From an uncultured Pseudomonadota bacterium (GTDB lineage Bacteria; Vulcanimicrobiota; Vulcanimicrobiia; Eremiobacterales; Eremiobacteraceae), in NCBI GenBank assembly GCA_963736005.1, contig CAVTNB010000001.1, positions 1,440,001 to 1,504,000 of the forward strand: DNA of 64,000 nucleotides, in the 5' to 3' direction. Within the stretch, counting starts at the first letter, position 1; the number at the start of each line of letters is the position of its first letter. The position numbers and the translations under genes are program-made. Below are positions 52,486 through 62,605 of the stretch, one piece after another. Below the pieces are notes generated by a model. It was not told the origin of the DNA. It made no database searches and saw only the letters and a program-made list of their open reading frames with translations.

Positions 52486-53078
52486 TCGTGTCGCGAGGCG
52501 CACCCCAGCGCGGCACCACGATGGTCGAAGGGCTCATCACGGTCGGCATCATTAGCCTTATCTTGACCCTTACCACCGCGATGTTCATTCAAACGGTCCG
52601 TCACAGCGAGAAGACCATGACCGACCTGAGCGCCGAAAGCCAAGCTCGCATCGCCATGACGAAGGTTGCCAACGACCTGAGGCAAGCAATGCCTGCACCC
52701 GGGGCGGCGGGTCTCCCAGTCATATCACCGGTTGCGCCGACAACCGGAACGGCAACGCCGCAACCCTCGGTCACGTTCACTGAGGTTGACTCGCTGAGCG
52801 CAGCCAATTTTACAAACCCTCCGTTTGATACGGTCACCATCAGCTGGAACGTCCCTCAAAGCACGATCACAAGATCGGTCAATGGCGGACCTCCACAGGT
52901 GCTCGAGCACGACGTCACCGCGTTCTCGGTCCTCCCCTTGAATTTTGACGAATATCAAGTCAACCTGACTGTGGCGCCAACGCATCGCGCAGAAGTCTCT
53001 TCTCCACCGTTTACGGTTGTTTCAAGCATATTCATCAGTTACTACAAGACCAACAGCAGTCCAGGAGACGCTCCTTAA
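52482..53078 (+). CDS. Type IV minor pilin (PilW-like)
   Basis: Prepilin site QRG|TTMVEGLI. Confidence 0.75.
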   Translation: MIVSRGAPQRGTTMVEGLITVGIISLILTLTTAMFIQTVRHSEKTMTDLSAESQARIAMTKVANDLRQAMPAPGAAGLPVISPVAPTTGTATPQPSVTFTEVDSLSAANFTNPPFDTVTISWNVPQSTITRSVNGGPPQVLEHDVTAFSVLPLNFDEYQVNLTVAPTHRAEVSSPPFTVVSSIFISYYKTNSSPGDAP

Positions 53079-54676
53079 TGAAGGCTTTGCCCTCTCGGCG
53101 TGGCGTCGCACTTATCACGGTGCTGTTTATCATGGTCATCCTCGTGATCCTCATCGGAGCTTTGCTGACCGTTATTCCAGCCGAACTCCGCGAGGTTGCT
53201 TTCACCGGCTACGACAATCGCGCGCTCTACGCGGCAGATGCAGGTATTGAAGCCCTCACGCAGGGCCTCCAGCTCGGCGACACGAGTCTCGGCGTTGGAT
53301 CGCTTGCCGCTCCAGATGGCAGCGCGTCTACGTACAACGCAACCGTCCTTGCGACAGCATCTGCCTGCGGAGTGCAGCAGAATCTCATTCAGTCGATCGG
53401 TACGTCACCGGCGGGCGATCAGCGCGAAGTCGCGGCAGTTGTGGTGCAGACAACTCTTTCCGACTATGGCCTGTGGGTCAACAACAATCCGGGCGGAGTG
53501 TACCTGGTCAGCGGCTACTCGCATTATGATGGAGCGGTCTATCTCGGTGGCGCCGCCTCTGACCCGCAGTTGGTCAACTACATTGTCGGGAATGCGCCAA
53601 TCTTTGACGATCAAGTGACGTTTGCGGGGACGAACAGCGTCAACTGGTTCGACAATAGCAAATCAACAAGCCAACCAGCCCAAACGAATGCGGGTGCATG
53701 GGCGGCCGTCGACGCAGGTGGTTACGCCAAGGTCACGGTGGGCGGTCAAACGGAAGGGTATCCCGGTTCGCAGCAAAGCCTCCAGCTCGCCAACGACGCA
53801 TACGGCACGCCGACTGGAACGGCGTACCCTGCGCCAAAGCAAGGCAAGACCGTGTACATGAACCAACAACCCGCGGGCGGCCCAGGCGGCAATTTGACGT
53901 CAGGCATCTACGTCCAAGGCGATTCCAACATTACCATGTCCTCATCCACCGTCGGTTCCTCACCCTCGACGATGACGTGGGCATTCACTCCGGTGTCGGG
54001 GGATGCAAACAGTATTGCCGACCCGGTCACGGTCGCCGTGAACTATACCACCAATTCGACGACCATCAGCGACACGACGACCAAGAAGAGCACGACCTAC
54101 ACGGGGGTTCCCGCGCAAACCACGACCGCCAACTCAAATAGTGGCATCGTGTTCGATGACGGCAAAGTTCAAGACGTTGCAGGCACGTACAATGGCTCGT
54201 ACACGCTTGCGGTTCCCGATGACGGCACCACTGACGACGCCATCTACGTGGCGAACAGCATCACTGCACACGATAATCCCCAGACGAATGCGACGAGCGC
54301 TGACGAGTTTGGCTTGTATGCCAACGATATTTATATTGACGACAAAAGCAAGTCGATACCATACAATCTCACGCTCCAAGCGGCGCTCGTTACCGGCAAC
54401 GCATCCGAAGTTGCCAGTGCGGCGAACGATGGCACGTTTACCACCCGAGACAGCGCGGCGAATTTGCCGCTGTACGGAAAGGTTACGCTGTACGGCAGTC
54501 TGGCGGAAAACATCTACGGCGAAACCTATACCTGGCAAGGCAACACTCAATTGAGCGGGTGGGCAAAGAACTTTCTGGCAGATCCTCGCTTCTCGACCTG
54601 CCCGCCACCCGGGTCACCAGTCGTGAGCCCCGATGGCTGGCATCTCGTCGCTTGGAAGGATGAGGGGACGCCCTAG
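53078..54676 (+). CDS. PilX-like large minor pilin
   Basis: RRG|VALITVLF (no E5), ALYAADAGI, C-terminal DPRF..PP..W. Confidence 0.78.
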   Translation: MKALPSRRGVALITVLFIMVILVILIGALLTVIPAELREVAFTGYDNRALYAADAGIEALTQGLQLGDTSLGVGSLAAPDGSASTYNATVLATASACGVQQNLIQSIGTSPAGDQREVAAVVVQTTLSDYGLWVNNNPGGVYLVSGYSHYDGAVYLGGAASDPQLVNYIVGNAPIFDDQVTFAGTNSVNWFDNSKSTSQPAQTNAGAWAAVDAGGYAKVTVGGQTEGYPGSQQSLQLANDAYGTPTGTAYPAPKQGKTVYMNQQPAGGPGGNLTSGIYVQGDSNITMSSSTVGSSPSTMTWAFTPVSGDANSIADPVTVAVNYTTNSTTISDTTTKKSTTYTGVPAQTTTANSNSGIVFDDGKVQDVAGTYNGSYTLAVPDDGTTDDAIYVANSITAHDNPQTNATSADEFGLYANDIYIDDKSKSIPYNLTLQAALVTGNASEVASAANDGTFTTRDSAANLPLYGKVTLYGSLAENIYGETYTWQGNTQLSGWAKNFLADPRFSTCPPPGSPVVSPDGWHLVAWKDEGTP

Positions 54677-54723
54677 GCTGTCGAACAGCGCGGTCCCCAA
54701 CCCTCCCGAGAAAAGGATCTGTC

Positions 54724-55308
54724 ATGGGCAAACTTCGCCGCTGCAGTTGGGCCGAAGGCGATCCAGCCTATACCGCCTATCACGATCGAGAGTGGGGACG
54801 CCCATCGCACGATGATCGGCGGCTCTTCGAGTTCCTCACTCTCGAGGGAGCCCAAGCTGGACTTTCCTGGCTTACGATTCTGCGCAAGCGCGAAAACTAT
54901 CGCGAGGCATTTGCGGGTTTCGATCCGGTCAAAGTCGCGCGTTTTGGCTCAAAAACAGTCAACTCGCTCCTGCGCAATCCCGGAATCGTCCGCAACCGCC
55001 TAAAGGTGCAATCGACCGTCAACAACGCTCGTGTATTCCTTCGCCTCGCGCAAGAGTATGGCAGTTTTGACTGCTATGTATGGCGATTCATCGGCGGCAA
55101 ACCCAGGATCAATCGCTTTCGCAGGCTCGGTGACATTCCGCCATTCACGCCCGAATCGGAAGCTCTCAGCCGGGATCTGCGGCAACATGGCTTTAGCTTT
55201 GTTGGCCCGGGCATCTGCTATTCGTTCATGCAGGCGTGTGGTTTAGTCAACGACCATGTCGCAGAGTGCTTTTTGCACGGCCGCCAGCTCCGACCGGCGC
55301 GCACCTAA
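54724..55308 (+). CDS. tag: DNA-3-methyladenine glycosylase I
   Basis: RCSWA..YHDREWG, LEGAQAGLSW, IVRNRLK, MQACGLVNDH. Confidence 0.95.
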   Translation: MGKLRRCSWAEGDPAYTAYHDREWGRPSHDDRRLFEFLTLEGAQAGLSWLTILRKRENYREAFAGFDPVKVARFGSKTVNSLLRNPGIVRNRLKVQSTVNNARVFLRLAQEYGSFDCYVWRFIGGKPRINRFRRLGDIPPFTPESEALSRDLRQHGFSFVGPGICYSFMQACGLVNDHVAECFLHGRQLRPART

Positions 55309-56106
55309 CTACTGGACGACGATGGGTACCGCTATGGTGTTGCCCGCTTCGTCAGTAACGTGAACGGTGCAGGAGCCGACAGCCAGCGGTTTGACAGAAT
55401 AGGTCGCAGACGCATCGCTGGTGGCGGCCACAAAGACTGAGGCGACTTTGGTGCAGTCATCGGTTTCTTTGAACGCGGCAACGCGCGCGGGGCTTGTGAC
55501 GAGAAAAAGCGCAGAACTCGTCGCACTGTCGACAGTCAAGCTCGCCGGAGTGGCAGACAGTGGAGTGGACGTTTGAGCGGAAGCAGCTGCTGGTTGGACT
55601 GCCGGGACGGGCTGACCCTTGCGCCAGATCGTGCCATCGGCAAACGTCACCGAAGCGACATCGCAGGAAACCTTGGGTGCGATAAACTGCGGCAGTAAGA
55701 ACGCTTGACCTTGGCCATTTCGGTATTGATGCTTAATCGAAACACCGGGCGAGAACGTCCCAACATCTCGAATGACAAATTGATCGCCCGCTGACTGAAC
55801 ATCGAAATTCACCAGCGTCGCCGGCTTGTTAGATTCGTTCACGAACTCAATCGCGATCCCAGTGCTGGCAGCCGCCGGAATGGGGATGCCCGCAATGGTC
55901 GTTTGAGAGTTCTTATCCAGAATCGGGCCGCAGCTATTGATCGTCACCGGTGGCACGCTGGCGTCAGCAACGATCGTGGGTGTGGCTGAGCTTTGGCTCG
56001 AAAAGCAGCTCACCACAACAAGAGTGGTGAGCACTCCCAGGGCGCTTGCGGTGCGACGCGAGGCGGTTTCCACGAACGATCGACGCATGTGCATACCTTT
56101 CATCAA
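55309..56106 (-). CDS. Secreted hypothetical protein
   Basis: Signal-like N-terminus; DVGTFSPGVSIKH, VTFADGTIW; C-terminal Ig-like segment. Confidence 0.65.
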   Translation of the reverse strand: MMKGMHMRRSFVETASRRTASALGVLTTLVVVSCFSSQSSATPTIVADASVPPVTINSCGPILDKNSQTTIAGIPIPAAASTGIAIEFVNESNKPATLVNFDVQSAGDQFVIRDVGTFSPGVSIKHQYRNGQGQAFLLPQFIAPKVSCDVASVTFADGTIWRKGQPVPAVQPAAASAQTSTPLSATPASLTVDSATSSALFLVTSPARVAAFKETDDCTKVASVFVAATSDASATYSVKPLAVGSCTVHVTDEAGNTIAVPIVVQ

Positions 56107-56156
56107 CGTGAAGTACGCGATGATTCGCAGGGCGCTACGGCTTTAGCCTGCCGGCC

Positions 56157-56735
56157 TCACAAATGCTCGAGCAAACTTGGTTCGCTGAGCACGTCATACA
56201 CGACCAAACCACCGTGCACGCGTGCGCCTTCGGTCACTCGGTGCGCCGCGAGTTTGTCATCGTGGAAGAGATCCTGCACGGCCACGCCACGCGTGAGCAC
56301 GGCAGCATCAGCGATCAGGCGACGGTGGCAACGCCACCATAGGGTTTCCGAACACATGATTGCCGTTCGAGCCACTACCGCTTCGTCGAGGAGCTCATCG
56401 AAAGCGTGCCAAAAAGGCGGCGTCTGCATGTAGTCGGCGTAACCGCGAAACGCCGGATGCCTCAGCGCGATGTTCTTTGAGTCAAGGCGGGGCCGACGAA
56501 AACCGCCCAGTCTTTGCTCCCAGCGGTACGACAAGCCAGCCGCGGGGATCCAATCCTGCATGGCTTCGCGCGCGAATTGAGGATTATGCTTGCTCTTTGG
56601 CACCGTACGGACGTCAACGATATGTTTGATGCGTGCATTGAGGGCGAGGGCGATAAACGCTTCGATCGTCAGCGTGCCGTGTCCCAAGGTGAGCAAGTGG
56701 ACTCCGCTTTGGCCCGGACCGAGCTCGTCTGTCAT
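56157..56735 (-). CDS. DUF488 family protein
   Basis: TLGHG, VDVRTVPKS..NPQF, LGG.R, FRGYADYM, IMCSE..WWRCHR. Confidence 0.88.
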   Translation of the reverse strand: MTDELGPGQSGVHLLTLGHGTLTIEAFIALALNARIKHIVDVRTVPKSKHNPQFAREAMQDWIPAAGLSYRWEQRLGGFRRPRLDSKNIALRHPAFRGYADYMQTPPFWHAFDELLDEAVVARTAIMCSETLWWRCHRRLIADAAVLTRGVAVQDLFHDDKLAAHRVTEGARVHGGLVVYDVLSEPSLLEHL

Positions 56736-56879
56736 AGGTCTTCCCATACCGTCCTCTATAATGTACCCTGACAACCGCGAAAATCTCGCATGAGGCGGGG
56801 CTTATTTGGCAGCCTAGAGCCTTTAATGTACTAGCTCGGTCTCGCTCAAACTCACGATATCTCGAGGGAGCTGGCGCGT

Positions 56880-57539
56880 ATGATTCCACTGGGCGATGTC
56901 TCGCGACGCCCCACAGATTTCCCCGTCATTACCCTCTCGATTATCATAATCAACGTCATCGTTTTCATTTTGGAATTGACGAACGGTGATGCTTTTGTGA
57001 CCACGTGGTCATTGGTGCCGGCAGATGTTTCTGCGGGCCATCACTTGATCACGATTCTCACGGCGATGTTCATGCACGCCAGCTGGTCGCACATCATAGG
57101 CAACATGGTGTTCTTGTGGGCCTTTGGCCCAGAGATCGAGGATGCGATGGGACCGTGGCGCTATTCGGTTTTCTACCTGATTGGTGGCGTCGTTGCAATG
57201 CTCGTGCAAGTGGCGTTCGATCCGCATTCCACGGTCCCAAACCTGGGCGCGAGTGGTGCGATTGCCGCCGTGATGGGCGGGTTCTTGGTCACATACCCGC
57301 GCGATCAGATTCGCACGCTTTTGTTCCTCTTCGTGTTTGTGCGGGTGACCTACATCTCGGCTGCGCTCTTGATCGCGATCTGGTTCGTCCTTCAGCTTTT
57401 GAGCATCGGCTCGGTAGCAACGGCGCAAGCAGGCGGAGTGGCGTACCTGGCTCACGTTGGCGGCTTTATCTTCGGGGCTGTTGCAGCGCGTCTGTTTGAG
57501 AACCCACAGCGCATCGCTCAGCAACAGGAATTCGACTAA
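56880..57539 (+). CDS. Rhomboid family intramembrane serine protease
   Basis: AMFMHASWSHIIGNM, GASGA, AHVGGF. Confidence 0.92.
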   Translation: MIPLGDVSRRPTDFPVITLSIIIINVIVFILELTNGDAFVTTWSLVPADVSAGHHLITILTAMFMHASWSHIIGNMVFLWAFGPEIEDAMGPWRYSVFYLIGGVVAMLVQVAFDPHSTVPNLGASGAIAAVMGGFLVTYPRDQIRTLLFLFVFVRVTYISAALLIAIWFVLQLLSIGSVATAQAGGVAYLAHVGGFIFGAVAARLFENPQRIAQQQEFD

Positions 57540-57544
57540 TTCAC

Positions 57545-58222
57545 ATGCGGACTCTGATGACGGCGCTTGCCGGCGGGCTGCTCATCTTCGCGTGCTTTGG
57601 AGCAACGCCAAACGTGAGTGCGACGGTGCCTCCAACACCAACGGTCGATGATATTCTCGGGCGCATGGTGGCGGCCCGCAAAGATCTCAATTCCTATTCG
57701 GTGCCCGTTCACTTCGATGTCGGGATCCAAAAGCCAATTAGCGTGACCCTGCCACTTGATGGTGTTCGTTACTTCGAGCGGCCGGACAAGGAGGCGCTCG
57801 TTATGCAGTCGGTGCCCGCCCTCGCCCAAGCCTTTCAGCGGACGTATGCAGGACTGGGCACCGCGGAAACATGGCCGCAGCGGTATGACCTCAGTGTTGT
57901 TGCTCCCGACCGAACCGCCAGCGCAACAATGTACGAGCTCAAGGGCATTCCAAAAAACGGCGGCAACGTCGCGTACATTTTGATCGACGTTGCTCGAGAT
58001 TCGGCTGTGCCGGTGCGAGCTCGTTGGTTCTATCGCAATGGGGCCACGATCGACATGGCGATCGAGAACGCCCTGGCTGGGAACGGGTATTTGCTTCCAA
58101 AAACCGAAACGCTGGACATCGTGTTCCCGTCATACGTGGGCCATGCGGTCGCCCATTATGGTGACTATGCAATCAACCAGCCAATCCCCGCCTCGGTGTG
58201 GGAGAGTTCGCCGCCCCCGTAA
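57545..58222 (+). CDS. Secreted hypothetical protein (possibly LolA-like fold)
   Basis: Signal peptide; YFERPDK; beta-rich; YGDYAINQPIP. Confidence 0.55.
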   Translation: MRTLMTALAGGLLIFACFGATPNVSATVPPTPTVDDILGRMVAARKDLNSYSVPVHFDVGIQKPISVTLPLDGVRYFERPDKEALVMQSVPALAQAFQRTYAGLGTAETWPQRYDLSVVAPDRTASATMYELKGIPKNGGNVAYILIDVARDSAVPVRARWFYRNGATIDMAIENALAGNGYLLPKTETLDIVFPSYVGHAVAHYGDYAINQPIPASVWESSPPP

Positions 58223-58292
58223 TGATTCGGCTTGGCCTTTCGTTATCAAGTCACGGCGGTCGCCGTATATTATCCTCACATAAGGAGTCCAC

Positions 58293-58634
58293 ATGAAGTT
58301 CATTCGCGTCGCAATGATGCCACTTATCGCTGCTGTCGGCATGCTCGTTCCAAACACGGCATTCGCTGCATCAACGTTCTATGGCATTACAACACACGTT
58401 TCAGTCAACAGCATCAAGGTCCAGAACCCGCAGTCCCATCAGACCCTGAGCTTTGAGATCCTTCCGAAATTCGACCAGATCTTCTCGGCGGATGGGAAGA
58501 CGACATATCAAATGAAGGCAATCCACGCCGGTCAGTACGTCGGCATCATCTACGATCAAAAGGCGCTCGGTATGCGTCATGCCGACAAAATCTATCTTCT
58601 CACCAACGCCAACCAAAAAATCATGGGTCAGTAA
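58293..58634 (+). CDS. Small secreted hypothetical protein
   Basis: RBS TAAGGAG, signal peptide ending in AFA. Confidence 0.75.
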   Translation: MKFIRVAMMPLIAAVGMLVPNTAFAASTFYGITTHVSVNSIKVQNPQSHQTLSFEILPKFDQIFSADGKTTYQMKAIHAGQYVGIIYDQKALGMRHADKIYLLTNANQKIMGQ

Positions 58635-58649
58635 CCCGGCCAATCGCAT

Positions 58650-58679
58650 AAGCAACGCCGCCTCAGGGCGGCGTTGCTT
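58650..58679. terminator. Strong hairpin between convergent genes
   Basis: AAGCAACGCCGCC-TCAG-GGCGGCGTTGCTT (13-bp stem). Confidence 0.6.
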
Positions 58680-58701
58680 CATATCTCGCACGCAGCCGAC
58701 G

Positions 58702-58760
58702 GATGTAGTGTCGCTAATTCATTCGCGATGAGCGCGCGAGTGAATTCGCGCGATTACATC
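58702..58760. repeat. Inverted pair of degenerate family B REPs
   Basis: GATGTAGTGTCGCTAATTCATTCGCGA ... GCGCGCGAGTGAATTCGCGCGATTACATC. Confidence 0.8.
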
Positions 58761-58785
58761 TTCCTCTTCATGCCGGTGACGGGCG

Positions 58786-60237
58786 TTAGCTAATCGTCAC
58801 TTGTCCTCGATAGGTGAGCGGTAGCAGCTGCGTAAGATCGGACGAAAGCGTGTGCGCATCGAGTTCGACGGTGTAGCGGCCGGCTGGGAACGATGTGCGC
58901 CGAGTAACGCGCGCAAATCCATAGGTGATTGGGGCGTTGTAGCCGCCGACCACGGGGGAATCGGCACGCAGTGGTGTCACGCGGAGCGTAATGAGTTGTA
59001 CTGGTTGCGCGAAGTCAAGTTCAAAGGTAGCGAACGACTCGCCGTTGTCATCGCCCCGAACGGCTTCAATGATTCTCGCTGCGGGCGCGCCGGGATTCGG
59101 AGAGCTGAGCGTCACGGTACTGGGATACGCAAAGAATGGCGGAATTGGGTACGCAATCGCGCCGAATCCCTGCGAGGCGTAAAATGACTCGTAGGCCCAC
59201 CACAGTCGACCCTGCATGAGCGTGTCCGTGGCGCTAAGATAAGGCCAGTCTCTTCCGAAGCTGTTTTGGATCAAAAATGCTCCAGTGTGGCCGAGCGAGT
59301 CGTCGTAACCGACGATCACTTGCCCGTGCCCGGATCCTTTCTTGAAGCTTGCGGATGCGGGCGCGAAAGCGCCATTGACCATCGTGGTGGCTGGGTTGTC
59401 GTATCCTTGAGCAACGAGACCGGAAAACGCAATGGCATGCCCTGCGTTGATGTACTGCTTCATAAGGGTGAGGTACATCGACTGTCCATTGAGGAAGTTA
59501 GGAAGCGTCTTATAACTGCCGATCTTAAATTTGCCGATACCGGAGTAACTGTCGATGCTAGTTGTGATTCCGTCGATGTAAGCGCAATCAGGTTTATACG
59601 GGACCTGCGCCGCACTTGGAGCCCCCTCTGCGATGAGTAATCCGAGGTACGGCAGCGCCTTCGACCCCTGGCATTTGCGTTTGGGCGACGTCATGTTGAC
59701 CGTGCTGGTCGAACCGGTAGTTCCGGCTGAACCCTCGCCCTCGTCCGCAATGAATTGATCCTTCTCAGGCGGATACTGCGCAAAGCCAGCGCGCCTTTGC
59801 GCCCACGAGAAAAGCCACGCCGCGCTAATGCGGTTGGCGCGTTCGGACGGATCGAATCCCGGGTACCCTCGCGCAGCGGTGTACGTTCCTAAGCCATATC
59901 CGAAGGAACAGGCCTCGCAGCTTCCCGGAAATCCCAGGGACTTGTTCGTCCCTTGCATGATGATGGGCGGCAGTCCAGTGAGGACGTGTTGATGATCCGG
60001 GCCGGTTCTTACGATCGAGCGCATAGCGGTCTGCGAGGCGAACAGGGCCAAAATCGCCGGCTTGAGCGCGTGGGGTGCTCGGTCAAACTCCTCGCGATTC
60101 AGGAGCGATCCAAAACGTCCCGACGGATCGATGTGGCCGCGAACGGGCTGCGCAAGAATCGCGGCAGGTTTGAGAGCCGCGAGAGTTGCCGCGGCAGCGC
60201 TGCGAGCGAGAAAGGTGCGACGATCAATCGTACTCAT
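58786..60237 (-). CDS. Papain-like C1 cysteine peptidase, Tat-exported
   Basis: DRRTFL; QG..GSCEA, GHGQVIVGYDD, IQNSFG. Confidence 0.82.
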   Translation of the reverse strand: MSTIDRRTFLARSAAAATLAALKPAAILAQPVRGHIDPSGRFGSLLNREEFDRAPHALKPAILALFASQTAMRSIVRTGPDHQHVLTGLPPIIMQGTNKSLGFPGSCEACSFGYGLGTYTAARGYPGFDPSERANRISAAWLFSWAQRRAGFAQYPPEKDQFIADEGEGSAGTTGSTSTVNMTSPKRKCQGSKALPYLGLLIAEGAPSAAQVPYKPDCAYIDGITTSIDSYSGIGKFKIGSYKTLPNFLNGQSMYLTLMKQYINAGHAIAFSGLVAQGYDNPATTMVNGAFAPASASFKKGSGHGQVIVGYDDSLGHTGAFLIQNSFGRDWPYLSATDTLMQGRLWWAYESFYASQGFGAIAYPIPPFFAYPSTVTLSSPNPGAPAARIIEAVRGDDNGESFATFELDFAQPVQLITLRVTPLRADSPVVGGYNAPITYGFARVTRRTSFPAGRYTVELDAHTLSSDLTQLLPLTYRGQVTIS

Positions 60238-60243
60238 CCGAAA

Positions 60244-61833
60244 TTACTCCTCAATATTCGAATGCCCAGTTGTGCCAAGCAGCTGAGTCTCGATCGTCTC
60301 CAAATCGAGCAGCCGTTGAATGCGCCGCAAGACCGTGTTGTCGATCTTGCCATCCTCGCGCAGTCCAATGAGCTTTTTTCTTTGAACGTCCAGCAGCTCT
60401 AATTCAGTTTTCCGATAGGCTGCAGTCAGATGCGCGGCCCCATCTTCGCGGCCACCAGTGCCGAACTCCGCCCATCTCGCCCGAAATCGCTTCCGAAGCA
60501 ATTCCAAAATACCATGAGGAACCGTGCCCTGCCGTTCGAGTTCGTCGATATGCTTAAGCGCAGCTCGTGCCGTCACCGCTAGCGCGATTCGTTCTTCTTT
60601 CTCATCCGCTCCATCGTCCTTGACCCGGAGCTTCCTAATGACATAGGGTAGCGATCCCCCTTGCCCAACCAAGGTTGCAAGTAAAACACCAAACGTGATA
60701 AAGATCAACAAATCGCGAAACGGGAAAGGTCCGGCTATCGTCTCGAGGGGAATCGCAAGCGCCGCCGCCAGTGAGACACCCCCGCGCATCCCACACCACG
60801 CCAGAATAGCGACGTGCGACCAGTCCGCCTTTCCTTCGACATGCTCCGGCTCGTTCGTGGCAGGTAGCAGCCCTTGCGCAAACGTCCACAACAATCGTAC
60901 GAGGATACACGCCGCAGCAACCGCGCCCGCCCACCAGATGAGCTGGCCGGCAGAATACTCATGCAACCTCAACACAATCTGATGAAAGCCGATGCCCACT
61001 TCGACAAAAATAAACGCGTTGAGCAGAAAGACGATCGTTACCCAAAAGCCCGTGAGCAGTTCGCGCGCTCGCGGCTGCATGACGATCGGCGAGAAGCGGC
61101 TGACGAAGATGCCGGCCGTCACGGTGGCTAAGACGCCTGAAGCACCTATATAATATGCTGGCAGATAGGCTAAGAATGGGATAACGACCGAGATCGTCCC
61201 CTGCAGGGTATCATCCTTGAGAAAGTGCCAGGCCAACACCGCAAGACCGCCAGCAGCCAAGCCGATCGCCACAGCCACGACGACCGAGAGCGCTAGGGCT
61301 CCAAACGCATGGAGGAGTGAGAACGATGCACCAACCACCGCCGCGATCCCGACGCCGTACAAAATCAGCGACGTGGCGTCATTGACCAAGCTTTCGCCTT
61401 CGATCGTCCCAATGACGTGCCGCGGAATGCTGAACTGATCGGCGATCGCCGCGAAGGCGACTTCATCTGTAGACGACACGATGGCGCCCAGCACAAATGC
61501 TACGCCCCAACTCATGCCGGGTACGATCGCATGCGCAACGACCGCGACCACGACCGTCGTGACGACAACCAAGCCGAACGCCATCTGGAAAATCCACAAC
61601 GCGCTCGAGCGAAACTCGCTCGTTGGAGCAGTGACGCTTTCCCAATAGAGCAACGGCGGCAAGAAGACAACGAGTACGAGGTCAGGCCGCAGCGGAAACG
61701 TGGGCACGTGAGGAATAAAACCGATCGCCATGCCGCCCAGCACCAGCACAATTGGATAGGCGACGTTGATCCGGTTCGCAATCGTCACCAAGACGATGAT
61801 CGCGACAAAAATGACGACGAGCGCGGTCGTCAC
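60244..61833 (-). CDS. Na+/H+ antiporter, CPA1 family
   Basis: VFLPPLLY, SSTDEVA, EGESLVNDA, WCGMRGGVSLAAAL, DLE tail. Confidence 0.92.
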   Translation of the reverse strand: MTTALVVIFVAIIVLVTIANRINVAYPIVLVLGGMAIGFIPHVPTFPLRPDLVLVVFLPPLLYWESVTAPTSEFRSSALWIFQMAFGLVVVTTVVVAVVAHAIVPGMSWGVAFVLGAIVSSTDEVAFAAIADQFSIPRHVIGTIEGESLVNDATSLILYGVGIAAVVGASFSLLHAFGALALSVVVAVAIGLAAGGLAVLAWHFLKDDTLQGTISVVIPFLAYLPAYYIGASGVLATVTAGIFVSRFSPIVMQPRARELLTGFWVTIVFLLNAFIFVEVGIGFHQIVLRLHEYSAGQLIWWAGAVAAACILVRLLWTFAQGLLPATNEPEHVEGKADWSHVAILAWCGMRGGVSLAAALAIPLETIAGPFPFRDLLIFITFGVLLATLVGQGGSLPYVIRKLRVKDDGADEKEERIALAVTARAALKHIDELERQGTVPHGILELLRKRFRARWAEFGTGGREDGAAHLTAAYRKTELELLDVQRKKLIGLREDGKIDNTVLRRIQRLLDLETIETQLLGTTGHSNIEE

Positions 61834-61948
61834 AGCTCTTTCCCTCCGGGCTCCCGGCCTACGCCGAAAACGACGCTAACTCCCACCGGCCTCCATGGGA
61901 TCCGCGGGGTTACAAGTGGCCTTTTTTGGGGACAAGCAATGGGGAGAT

Positions 61949-62566
61949 ATGCATTTGCGACGGATCGCTTTGGTCGTCCCAGCTGTTCTTAGCATCCTTG
62001 TGTGCCTTAGCTCGTGTGGTCGCGTCTCACCGACGAAGACAAGCCTTGATGTGACACCCTGCGCTGGCTATCGTTGGCCCGTTAAAATCGGAATCGATCG
62101 CGGTGCGAAAACAATGAATCTCACGCCACAGATGACAACCATTGCCGCGCTCGACGGGATCGCTTTGACCCATTTACCACTTGACTCCCGATCCATCCCC
62201 GCGGAAACGACAGTCTACGAGTTGCAAAATGTCATTCTCCTAGAAACCGACACTCAACCTGACCTTGACTACCATCTCATCGTGAGGGATAAGACTGGGA
62301 AGAGGATCACGCTTGAATCTCCCAATCCTTCTTGCCCCGGGCGGAGTGCTTTTGCAAAACAGATCGCGGCTGTCAGGCACACGCTGGATACGCTCAAGCC
62401 CCCGGTCGGAACCGTCTTGAACGTCACCGGGGTTGGTTTTTATGACGCACTTGGAAGTGGGGGCATGGAGTTGCATCCGCTCCTCTCGATCTGTGTCGGC
62501 CGAAATTGTCGCCCAGACTCGGCGACAAATGGTGGCCGGGCTTCCCCAGCGAACGCCCATAGCTGA
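61949..62566 (+). CDS. Hypothetical lipoprotein, possible OB-fold
   Basis: LSSC lipobox; RWPVK, DLDYHL, VTGVGFYD..ELHP. Confidence 0.65.
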   Translation: MHLRRIALVVPAVLSILVCLSSCGRVSPTKTSLDVTPCAGYRWPVKIGIDRGAKTMNLTPQMTTIAALDGIALTHLPLDSRSIPAETTVYELQNVILLETDTQPDLDYHLIVRDKTGKRITLESPNPSCPGRSAFAKQIAAVRHTLDTLKPPVGTVLNVTGVGFYDALGSGGMELHPLLSICVGRNCRPDSATNGGRASPANAHS

Positions 62567-62605
62567 TTCAGGGTGCCTTGCTCGCCAAGTCATGGAGAAC
62601 TTGAG

